DNA of 32,000 bases from Pyrobaculum aerophilum str. IM2 (GCF_000007225.1 NC_003364.1:1380001-1412000); one strand, 5' to 3'. Positions 15,427 through 23,001 are shown, counted from the first letter of the stretch. Made by a program: numbers and translations. Notes: generated by a model from the sequence alone, not told the origin.

Positions 15427-15788
15427 TAGGAAAACAGAGACACCCGCCGCGTTACTAATTTCTCTAAATCAGACACTACTGGTAATAAAGAGGCGTAGTC
15501 CTTATTGGCCAAGAGGGACAAGATGGCGTTCATTTTATCAAATATTACCGCATCTATTTGCTCAATCTCTCTCTTAGAGGTCAAGCGGCCCTCAGTGGAT
15601 TTCACCTTTACTGCAATCATGTTAATAGCCTTTAAAACCCTGCCCAACTCCTCTACATTGTCTGAGTTTAACATCCTCTTCCTTATCTCAGCTTCAATCT
15701 CCTTCAGCCCCTTGTAAATTAGCTGTCTGATCTTAGGCTCGTCTTCAACGCTTTTATAACCTGGAAATACAAAGAAACGCGGAGCCAC
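15426..15788 (-). CDS. Hypothetical helical protein (120 aa), first gene of the orphan cluster
   Basis: GTG start at 15788 with atttaaatat 19-28 nt upstream. The sequence looks largely helical (KIRQLIYKGLKEIEAEIRKRML...). No family recognised. Confidence 0.55.
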   Translation of the reverse strand: MAPRFFVFPGYKSVEDEPKIRQLIYKGLKEIEAEIRKRMLNSDNVEELGRVLKAINMIAVKVKSTEGRLTSKREIEQIDAVIFDKMNAILSLLANKDYASLLPVVSDLEKLVTRRVSLFS

Positions 15789-15806
15789 GAAAAAGCGTTA
15801 CGTTAC

Positions 15807-15816
15807 ATTTAAATAT
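15807..15816 (-). promoter_or_regulatory. TATA-like box for the orphan four-gene cluster
   Basis: atttaaatat lies 19-28 nt upstream of the GTG at 15788. Confidence 0.5.
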
Positions 15817-15960
15817 CTTTAGGCCTCTTCTTAAACAGCTGATTTATCGGCCACGCAAAGACGCCATACCTATATCTTTCGAATAACAAAAAAGCTCTTA
15901 TGCCTCCGTTTGCGTTAATTCCGCCGGTGTAGGGCAGGGCTATCGCAGGGAAATACAAAA

Positions 15961-15970
15961 CTATAAAATA
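15961..15970 (+). promoter_or_regulatory. TATA-like box for the divergent 210-aa gene
   Basis: ctataaaata lies 18-27 nt upstream of the ATG at 15988. Confidence 0.5.
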
Positions 15971-15987
15971 CAGAGAAACTGTAAAGC

Positions 15988-16620
15988 ATGCTTGGCTGGG
16001 TTGATGATTTTGAATTCCACGGCCCTTTAACTCTGGAGATGTTAGAAGTGCCCAGGGTTTTGATTTCAGCTGTTGTGATTAAGCAATCAGATGAAGGCTT
16101 TGAAAAGGCCGTGAGGGGGTGGACGAAATTCGGCACATTAAGCGTCGTTGAGGCGGTTTATGCCTATGTATTGCAGGTGAAAAGGGAAGTGCTTGGAAGA
16201 GAAGAGTTGTTACATAAGCTTTTGTGGATACTGCCTAAGTCCACTGAGCTTGATATACTGGCAATGCAGAGAGTATTGAAACTCGGCTTGGGGATAACTA
16301 CTTGCGACTTGGGGCTCGTGGTGTTGACATATACGCCGGTGAGAGACGGGTCCCAGCCCCAAAGGCCTGTTGGAGTTATATATGAGCTCAAAAGGGGGGA
16401 GACCACTATTTATATCGCTAGGAATAACAACGGCAGAGTTATTTATGACGGAGAGACAATGTGCGTCGTGCCGATGTCAAACAGAGGCGATCCCCACCCG
16501 CTTTACGACGCGTATATAAGAGGATTTCGAATAATTACCGAGGGAACGCCGTCTGAAAACGACTTGTGTGTAGTTCATAAGAGGCTTGGGCTACGGTGTC
16601 TCTCGCTTAACGCGCGGTAG
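15988..16620 (+). CDS. Hypothetical protein (210 aa), divergent from the orphan cluster
   Basis: ATG at 15988 with ctataaaata 18-27 nt upstream. No family recognised. The 3' end overlaps the convergent TRIC gene by 30 nt. Confidence 0.6.
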   Translation: MLGWVDDFEFHGPLTLEMLEVPRVLISAVVIKQSDEGFEKAVRGWTKFGTLSVVEAVYAYVLQVKREVLGREELLHKLLWILPKSTELDILAMQRVLKLGLGITTCDLGLVVLTYTPVRDGSQPQRPVGVIYELKRGETTIYIARNNNGRVIYDGETMCVVPMSNRGDPHPLYDAYIRGFRIITEGTPSENDLCVVHKRLGLRCLSLNAR

Positions 16621-17226
16621 CTCCCACCCCCTTGTCAATGCCGCTATTCTAATAGTCGTGACCGCGGCTATTGTGGCCATCATTGCCGCCTCCCGGCCCA
16701 GGGGGCTGGCCACGAGGTATACGAGGCCTCCCAGGGCCGCCGCCGACGCGTAAATCTCTCTTCTCAACACCACGGGTATTTCGCCCGCTAACACGTCGCG
16801 CACAACTCCGCCGCCTGCCGCTGTAAGAGCTGATAGCATTATCACTGTAAGCCAACAGTTATGTACTCCATGTGCTGGGCAATAATTAGCCGTAATATCG
16901 GCTCCAATGGCCGCAAAGGCCCCCAAGCCGACTGCGTCTGGATACAATACGTAGTCTTTAAACCGCTTGACATACGGGTAAAGGAAAAAGGCAAGAAGCG
17001 ATGCAGTTAATGCAGTTAGCGGATAGGGCAGGTAAACGACGTTTACCGGCGGAACTCTGCCGAGAAGCACATCTCGCATAATTCCGCCAGCTAGGGCGGT
17101 TGAAAAACCCAGCGTCAAGAAGCCGAGAAGATCCATTCCTTTCTCGCCGGCCTTTAAGGCGCCGGAAATGGCAAAGGCTATTATCCCGACGTAATTCAGA
17201 GTTTCTATTATTATCTCTGCGGACAT
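16591..17226 (-). CDS. Trimeric intracellular cation channel family protein (UPF0126/TRIC)
   Basis: Two repeated halves each carry the glycine-rich signature (LAGGIMRDVLLG and AAGGGVVRDVLAG). About 7 hydrophobic helices. Length 211 aa. Confidence 0.8.
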   Translation of the reverse strand: MSAEIIIETLNYVGIIAFAISGALKAGEKGMDLLGFLTLGFSTALAGGIMRDVLLGRVPPVNVVYLPYPLTALTASLLAFFLYPYVKRFKDYVLYPDAVGLGAFAAIGADITANYCPAHGVHNCWLTVIMLSALTAAGGGVVRDVLAGEIPVVLRREIYASAAALGGLVYLVASPLGREAAMMATIAAVTTIRIAALTRGWELPRVKRETP

Positions 17227-17684
17227 AAGCCGAGGGCCTTAGCGATGTGCGCCTCTTCAACCACAGGCTTGATTAATTTCACAAACCTCCTCACGTCTGG
17301 CCTTTCGTATAAAACAAGATATCGCGAAGCCCCGCTTTCATCTGTAGTCTCCAATGGGCTAAATCCCAGCAACCTCAGGGATTTTGCTAGCTTTTTACTG
17401 CCGCTTTTAAAAATAATTATTACCTCTCCGCCGTGGGGATCGCCCATGAAGAACTCGCCGTATGTCTCAAAAGCGCCTTTTATAAAATACACGTGTTCTA
17501 ACACTGTCTTAGGAGTATATTTACAGTAACTCTTGGGGAGCACAACGGTAGTGCCGCGGATCTCAAAGCCCAGGGCGTTGAACCACTGTAATAAAAAGGC
17601 CTTTACTCCCCTCGCCTCACATCCATTCACCGCCACGCCTGAAATATATGCTTTTATTAGCCTACGGCTGTAGTGGGACGGCAT
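17211..17684 (-). CDS. Hypothetical protein with degenerate LAGLIDADG-like motifs
   Basis: I prefer the ATG at 17684; the ORF-track start at 17717 is TTG. YFIKGAFETYGEF, followed by IIIFKSGSKKLAKSLRLLGF and RYLVLYERPDVRRFVKLIKP, resembles a LAGLIDADG helix plus its beta/alpha core. A weaker first copy is AYISGVAVNG. The fold call is tentative. Confidence 0.5.
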   Translation of the reverse strand: MPSHYSRRLIKAYISGVAVNGCEARGVKAFLLQWFNALGFEIRGTTVVLPKSYCKYTPKTVLEHVYFIKGAFETYGEFFMGDPHGGEVIIIFKSGSKKLAKSLRLLGFSPLETTDESGASRYLVLYERPDVRRFVKLIKPVVEEAHIAKALGLCPQR

Positions 17685-18129
17685 ATACAGGCATGTAGGC
17701 GCCGCCTGTGGTGTCAATAAGGTGCACTGCCCTCACCTCAAAAGCAGTGCCAGTATATTTCGCCGCCTCCTCAACTGCAAGCCTTATGTCATCAAGGGCA
17801 GGCCTTTTCAAGCGAATGGAGTAAACAGTGAGGTGAGGCTTAAACTCGGCGTATCGCTCCACAAGAACGCCTGTCAGCGACGCGGCCAGTAGCGCTCTCA
17901 ACGCGGCGAATTCCCCATAAGGCTCTACCCTAAGGGCTATGTACCGCGGCTTAGAGGGGCTGGGGAGCAAAACTACAGGGCCTATAGTCGCCACAAACCG
18001 GCGGTACTTCACCTCTACTCTAATAGGCTTTTCTAACTTTACTAAAGTAATATGGGGTTTAACCGACATTACTCCCTCAAAGGGTCTTAGTGGATGAATT
18101 GGGGGGAGGATGCCGTAAATATAGGCCAT
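17662..18129 (-). CDS. thpR: 2H-phosphoesterase superfamily protein (RNA 2',3'-cyclic phosphodiesterase / 2'-5' RNA ligase-like)
   Basis: Two HxT motifs (KPHITLVKL and KPHLTVYSI) with family-typical spacing. The ATG at 18129 begins 1 nt after the ABCE1 stop (18131-18133). Confidence 0.75.
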   Translation of the reverse strand: MAYIYGILPPIHPLRPFEGVMSVKPHITLVKLEKPIRVEVKYRRFVATIGPVVLLPSPSKPRYIALRVEPYGEFAALRALLAASLTGVLVERYAEFKPHLTVYSIRLKRPALDDIRLAVEEAAKYTGTAFEVRAVHLIDTTGGAYMPVYAVPLQP

Positions 18130-18130
18130 G

Positions 18131-19921
18131 TTAAACGTAATAAAGCTCTCCCCGCTCTTTCTGCTCTCTATCAAGCGCCGAGCCGGGCTTGTTAAGCCTC
18201 GGCCTGCCCGACTTTACATCCCGCCTAAATGAGGCATCAGCCCATTTAAGAAAGGTGTTCATGCCAGTTCGCATGTCAGTTGGACCTGGGGAATACCCCC
18301 TAACCCCCGGCTCGCCTATAAACGGCATTATTGCGTTAGACATGTAGTCCAGCATGGCTATGTCGTGTTCTACAATTAAGGCCGCCACTTCGCTTTCCTC
18401 AATAATTCTCCTGATAGTACGCGCAACTGTAATTCTCTGCTCTACGTCTAAATAGGCCATGGGCTCGTCTAACACGTATAAATCTGCTTTTTTCAACAGC
18501 GCGGCGGCAACTACTACTCTTTGCAACTCCCCGCCTGATAGCTCCCCGAGCCTGCGCTCTAAAAGAGGGCCTAAGTTAAAGCCGGCGTTTAAATCAGGCC
18601 AAATTGGGTTCTCTGTGTAATCGCCCGCTTGCTGAGCCAGCCACAAGCTCACGGGGACGTCGTGGTTCTTCACGGCTATATCTCTAATATACTGGGGCTT
18701 ATAGCTAATACGCGGCGTTGAGCTGACTGCGCCTTTAACCGGCTTTATCTCGCCGACAAGCACTTTTAAAAACGTGGTTTTTCCAATGCCGTTAGGGCCT
18801 ATGACTCCCACCACTTCCCCCCTCGCTATATATGAAGACGATACTTCCAGCTGGAAGCCGCCGAGGTCAACGTCTATGTCTTCCCACTCCACAAGGCGGG
18901 CGGCTTTCCCGCTCTTCCTCTCGGGCGGCCTTGTCTCGAATTTTATCGGGCGGTCTCGAATTCTCATATTCTCCGATGAGATATAGCCGGAGAGGTATTC
19001 GTTAATAGCCTCCCTGGCCCCTGCGGGGTGCGACACAATGCCGTAGGCCCCAGGCTTGCCGTATACAATTACAATATTGTCGGCTAAGAAATCGAGCACT
19101 GTTAAGTCATGCTCCACGACCAGTACGTACTTATTCTGGGTGTACTCCCTTATGGCGTCTGCAACTTTGACTCTCTCTACGACGTCTAGGTGTGTGGCCG
19201 GCTCGTCAAAAATATAAACGTCGACGTCTTTAGACAACGCAGCTGCAACTGCAAGTTTTTGCAATTCGCCCCCAGATAGCTTATCCACCTCTCTGTTTAA
19301 TAATTTATCGAGCCCAAACCTCTTGACTAACTCCTCTCTAATCCCAGCCTTTTTCACAATTTCCCCAACAGTCCCTTTGAGGTAAATAGGTATGAGCTCA
19401 ATATACTGAATTTTGTGAACAGCCCTAAGTTTATTGCTATAGAGCTCTGAGAAATACGTCTGAAGCTCAGTCCCCCTAAATTGCCTAATTACGTCTTCAG
19501 CGCTAGTCTTGCCCTCCGTCTCGCATAAATTAGGCACGAGCTCTCCCGCCAGTATTTTGGCCATTGTTGTTTTGCCCAGGGCATTTCGCCCCAAGATACC
19601 TACCACTTTGCCTCTTCTTAAAATGGGCAGCCGGTAGAGCTTAAACCCGCTGGGGCCGTATCTATGTACGCAATCCCGTTCTAACTCGTCGGGCAGGTTG
19701 ACAATAGTAATTGCCTCAAAGGGACATTTGTGTACGCAAATCCCACAGCCTATACACAAGGCCTCAGATATCACAGCCTTTTTCAACTGCTCATCTATCC
19801 ACACAACTTTTCCGCTCTTATTAACGGGGCAGTATTTCACACACTCGTGGCCGCACTTCTTCGGCTGACATGAGTCTCTGTCAACAACGGCGACGCGAAC
19901 CACGACTTTATTAAAAGACAC
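18131..19921 (-). CDS. ABCE1: ABCE1 / RNase L inhibitor homologue (ribosome-recycling ATPase)
   Basis: N-terminal double 4Fe-4S ferredoxin motifs (CQPKKCGHECVKYCP; CIGCGICVHKCP). Two ABC cassettes with Walker A (GRNALGKTT; GPNGIGKTT) and LSGGELQ signatures. Length 596 aa. GTG start. Confidence 0.95.
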   Translation of the reverse strand: MSFNKVVVRVAVVDRDSCQPKKCGHECVKYCPVNKSGKVVWIDEQLKKAVISEALCIGCGICVHKCPFEAITIVNLPDELERDCVHRYGPSGFKLYRLPILRRGKVVGILGRNALGKTTMAKILAGELVPNLCETEGKTSAEDVIRQFRGTELQTYFSELYSNKLRAVHKIQYIELIPIYLKGTVGEIVKKAGIREELVKRFGLDKLLNREVDKLSGGELQKLAVAAALSKDVDVYIFDEPATHLDVVERVKVADAIREYTQNKYVLVVEHDLTVLDFLADNIVIVYGKPGAYGIVSHPAGAREAINEYLSGYISSENMRIRDRPIKFETRPPERKSGKAARLVEWEDIDVDLGGFQLEVSSSYIARGEVVGVIGPNGIGKTTFLKVLVGEIKPVKGAVSSTPRISYKPQYIRDIAVKNHDVPVSLWLAQQAGDYTENPIWPDLNAGFNLGPLLERRLGELSGGELQRVVVAAALLKKADLYVLDEPMAYLDVEQRITVARTIRRIIEESEVAALIVEHDIAMLDYMSNAIMPFIGEPGVRGYSPGPTDMRTGMNTFLKWADASFRRDVKSGRPRLNKPGSALDREQKERGELYYV

Positions 19922-19943
19922 GTTTAAATGCCTTGAAGAGAAA

Positions 19944-19974
19944 GGCGTTTTTAGCCGAAAGCGGCGACAACGCC
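19944..19974 (-). terminator. Nested hairpin followed by a T-rich stretch, downstream of the GT2/small-membrane-protein unit
   Basis: Outer stem ggcgtt(19944-19949)/aacgcc(19969-19974). Inner stem gccg(19954-57)/cggc(19962-65) with a 4-nt loop. On the minus strand it is followed by tttctctt. Archaeal termination mainly needs oligo-T, so its role is uncertain. Confidence 0.3.
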
Positions 19975-20026
19975 TATTGAAAATTGTTTACGGGGATTTT
20001 GTTAAACGTTGCGGGCCGTTTAGACG

Positions 20027-20287
20027 TCAGCTGGTAAACGCCAGTAACACAACTAATAACAATACTAGGGCCAGTAATGGGCCTATTACCCTCCTGGTCT
20101 TTTTAAATACGCCTGAGAGGAAGAAAAAAGTAGCGATAAGAAGCACTGCCACAATCCGTCCGCCGTACTCCCCCAGGCCCATAGACGACAAAATGGAGGC
20201 AATGGCGTTGAACACAGTTTTTATAATTGCCCAAATCGTCGCGTAATCAATCACCGGCATATCCTCCTCCCCCTCCAGTTTACACAT
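20027..20287 (-). CDS. Small membrane protein (86 aa; may start at the internal ATG at 20260)
   Basis: Two hydrophobic helices (IVAVLLIATFFFLSGVF; IGPLLALVLLLVVLLAF). Overlaps the 3' end of the upstream GT2 gene, which suggests co-transcription. Confidence 0.45.
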   Translation of the reverse strand: MCKLEGEEDMPVIDYATIWAIIKTVFNAIASILSSMGLGEYGGRIVAVLLIATFFFLSGVFKKTRRVIGPLLALVLLLVVLLAFTS

Positions 20288-21345
20288 TTAACAAAGGCCG
20301 AAGTCCACACAGCCATGGGGAGTACGAAATTCCCCACCGCCCATGTGGCAAGTACAGCGCTAAGTCTTATTTCCATGCCCGTATGTCGTTTAACGCCAAG
20401 TGCTCTCACTACGTCTTTCGCGAGGTTTATGGGGTGGAGCAATAGCCCCGTTAACATCCACATACTCCCAGTGAGGAAGCCCGCTACAGGTAGGACTATT
20501 GATATCAAAAAGCCCAGGGTGTAAATAATCAGCCCGGCGTACCAGCCCTGGGGGGCGTGCCACTTCACCATTAATATTTGTCTAACCCCCCACCAGAACG
20601 CCTCGCTTAATTTACAATTAGGATCAGGCGTGGGGGCTATGGCGCCTCTTGCAAACCAGATGCCACCGCCTACCTCCTTAATGGCGGAATATACTACATA
20701 GTCGTCGCTTACGTATTTTGGCAATTTTTCAGCCAGGCGGGTTTTCTCAGCAAATTCCCTCTTGAAAGAAGTGGAGCCTCCCCAAACAAATCTCGACCTT
20801 TTGTCTAACATAGCTGGAAACCCCATATTACTAATAGCCAGTCTTACTTTATGACAAAGACCGCGCCCTAAATACCACCGGTACGTTGTCACTGCAGTAT
20901 AGCTAGAGAGAGGCGCCGTCATTAAATAGAGCCACCTCGGGCTTGGGTTTATGTCATCGTCTGCAAAGACAACACAGTCTCCAGAAGCCCTCTTCAAGCC
21001 TGTCGCCAGAGCCGCGCCCTTCCCCTCCCCTTCGCTAATGATCACAACTCCGTACTTCTTGGCTAGTTCATAAGCCGGATCCGTAGGCGAGTCCACCACA
21101 AATATATACTCAACATCGGTGTCCACTTTTTGAGAAGTGATGGCAACGAGATTACTCTCAGTGGAGGGGTGGATCCCCCTCATGGGTATTATGACGCTGA
21201 TTTTTTTACAAGCTTGGGCGAAGTCTCTATCCTCTTTTCTCCAAAACCCGTATTCCCTGATAAGCCCCGCCATTGCGAGTCCTATGAACGGGACGAGTGC
21301 CAGTGGCTCGAGCACGGCGATTAATTTCAAGATATTTATTATCAT
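20251..21345 (-). CDS. Membrane-bound family 2 glycosyltransferase (ceramide glucosyltransferase-like topology)
   Basis: N-terminal TM helix. GT-A core with ISVIIPMRG, FVVDSPTD and FADDDI (DxD-type) motifs. C-terminal TM bundle. Confidence 0.8.
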   Translation of the reverse strand: MIINILKLIAVLEPLALVPFIGLAMAGLIREYGFWRKEDRDFAQACKKISVIIPMRGIHPSTESNLVAITSQKVDTDVEYIFVVDSPTDPAYELAKKYGVVIISEGEGKGAALATGLKRASGDCVVFADDDINPSPRWLYLMTAPLSSYTAVTTYRWYLGRGLCHKVRLAISNMGFPAMLDKRSRFVWGGSTSFKREFAEKTRLAEKLPKYVSDDYVVYSAIKEVGGGIWFARGAIAPTPDPNCKLSEAFWWGVRQILMVKWHAPQGWYAGLIIYTLGFLISIVLPVAGFLTGSMWMLTGLLLHPINLAKDVVRALGVKRHTGMEIRLSAVLATWAVGNFVLPMAVWTSAFVKCVNWRGRRICR

Positions 21346-21420
21346 TTATAAAGGCATCGGCTAGTCAAGACTCTGGCGTAAATCCAATTGGGCATCAATA
21401 TTGAATTTGGGCGCTGGGGG

Positions 21421-21427
21421 TATATAA
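21421..21427 (+). promoter_or_regulatory. TATA box for the RHH-protein gene
   Basis: tatataa lies 20-26 nt upstream of the ATG at 21447. Confidence 0.5.
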
Positions 21428-21446
21428 CCCGGTGCGTCTGTTTTAC

Positions 21447-21950
21447 ATGAGCCAAGTAAAAGAGTTTGACTTAACCTATAATGATTTGTTCAGAGCTCCA
21501 GATAAAGAGGGAGCCATAGTGTCAGTAAGGGTTCACAGAAAAGTGAAGGCCGTGTTAGAGGAATTGGCAAAGAGGGAGGGCTTAGACGGAGTGTCAGAAT
21601 TAGTCCGCTATCTTATCGCTGGCTATTTGCTGGGCAAGTACAACATAGAGAGGCCTAAGGAGAAAGTGGTAGTCGAGCCCATCGTCCTCACAGTGAATGT
21701 GCAGAAGGGTACCCCCCCTATAGATGAAGTAGAAGTAGATTTAGTCGCCGAGGAGGTGGCCTCTGTGATTAGAGACGTAGAGGATTATGTGAAGAAAGTC
21801 AAGGCGGGTCTTGTACAGAAAAACCCAGAAATTGCTATGAAGCTATGGAAAAAACTGGCTAAGGCGTTGAAAATAGCTAAAAGACTGGGCATGGAAGAGG
21901 AGTACGTTAAATTAATGAGGCTGAAGGCCCAACTTTCAGTAATTGAATAA
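21447..21950 (+). CDS. Ribbon-helix-helix (CopG/Arc-like) domain protein with a helical C-terminal extension
   Basis: IVSVRVHRKVKAVLEELAKREGLDGVSELVRYLIAGYLLG fits a beta-strand/helix/helix RHH unit. I prefer the ATG at 21447 because tatataa (21421-21427) is 20-26 nt upstream of it but only 5-11 nt from the ORF-track GTG at 21432. Confidence 0.6.
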   Translation: MSQVKEFDLTYNDLFRAPDKEGAIVSVRVHRKVKAVLEELAKREGLDGVSELVRYLIAGYLLGKYNIERPKEKVVVEPIVLTVNVQKGTPPIDEVEVDLVAEEVASVIRDVEDYVKKVKAGLVQKNPEIAMKLWKKLAKALKIAKRLGMEEEYVKLMRLKAQLSVIE

Positions 21951-21980
21951 AGTTTTTAACTCCTTTAAAAAAGTAGCGCC

Positions 21981-22265
21981 ATGGCTACATGCAACAAGTG
22001 GGAGAGGCTGATTTCTTGGGCTGAGAAAGAGGGCAACAGTCTCAAGGCGCTTGAGTTTAAAGAAAAACTCGTAGAGTGCATAGTATATACAGCTCTTGAA
22101 AAAGTCCGAAAGAAGAAATTGGCAGAAGTAGAAGAGTTAATTAAATACGGTAGGGAGATGGCTAAAAAATTCGCGATTGAGGAGCTAAACTTCCACATAT
22201 CGCTTATTGAAAAGGAGGTGGCAAAAATTAAAGAGAGAAGGAAAGCGCTGGCTCAGACTAAATAA
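21981..22265 (+). CDS. Small coiled-coil-like hypothetical protein (94 aa)
   Basis: K/E-rich heptad-like sequence (EKVRKKKLAEVEELIKYGREMAKK ... EKEVAKIKERRKALAQ). Lies 30 nt downstream of the RHH gene. Coding status is less certain than for its neighbours. Confidence 0.45.
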   Translation: MATCNKWERLISWAEKEGNSLKALEFKEKLVECIVYTALEKVRKKKLAEVEELIKYGREMAKKFAIEELNFHISLIEKEVAKIKERRKALAQTK

Positions 22266-22981
22266 AGGGCGTCGACGACTTTTCTAAGTCTCTTCAACTT
22301 CTTCCCCCTGGCGTCTGTTACAACAGCGTATTTCCCCAAGCCGACGGCTAATATGTCCACAGGTATCCCCGCCACTTCTCTCCCCACTAGTACTAAAAAG
22401 CCTTTCTCTCTGAAGTGTTTCCAGTAATAGTAGAGATTTCCGTATCTCTTGTTAACTGTTGCCGTCATTGGAAGAGATCCGTCGACAAGTCTCCGTATAT
22501 TCGCTGAGGTGTATAAATAGTAAAAGGGAGGTTTCTGTATCTTTATCACTTCTGCTAAAACTCCCTCGACGTCAGGGCTTGTAGTAATTTGAATAACGTT
22601 GTGCATATACTTTTTGCTTTTAGAGGCTAAATAGAGAGACTTCCTTTTGGAGTCGAAAATAGGGACTACTGGCGTGTACAAATTACCGCCTCTAACCGCC
22701 GCGGGCAGAGTTGTGCCGAATAGTTCCACGAATTCAACTTGATATCCCCACCGCTCTAACAACTCGGCTGTTAGGAAAACTGCGGCTTTTCTGATACTCG
22801 CTCCACCGGGCCGGTACTTCTCTAAATTCGATTTGTATACAGTCTCAATCACCGGCGCCAAGTAATTCACTGCGCTTTGGATATCCACCCCGCTTTCTTC
22901 CATTTTCTTAAATATTTCTCTCTCTAGCCACTTAGGCGCGTCTTCAATTCCCAAGATTTTCTTTACCGCTTTCTCTATCAT
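22253..22981 (-). CDS. Hypothetical protein (242 aa), possible nuclease-like C-terminal region
   Basis: ATG start at 22981. AELLERWGYQVEF and GFLVLVGREVAGIPVDILAVGLGKYAVVTDARGKK loosely resemble Hjc / PD-(D/E)xK endonuclease core segments. No confident family. Confidence 0.55.
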   Translation of the reverse strand: MIEKAVKKILGIEDAPKWLEREIFKKMEESGVDIQSAVNYLAPVIETVYKSNLEKYRPGGASIRKAAVFLTAELLERWGYQVEFVELFGTTLPAAVRGGNLYTPVVPIFDSKRKSLYLASKSKKYMHNVIQITTSPDVEGVLAEVIKIQKPPFYYLYTSANIRRLVDGSLPMTATVNKRYGNLYYYWKHFREKGFLVLVGREVAGIPVDILAVGLGKYAVVTDARGKKLKRLRKVVDALYLV

Positions 22982-22990
22982 TGCTACGAT

Positions 22991-23001
22991 ATTTTTTAAA
23001 G
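22991..23001 (+). promoter_or_regulatory. TATA-like box for the LbH-protein gene inside a 39-nt divergent spacer
   Basis: attttttaaag lies 20-30 nt upstream of the GTG at 23021. A second AT box (gttaataag, 23007-23015) lies 26-34 nt upstream of the opposite ATG at 22981, so the two promoters cross. Confidence 0.45.
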
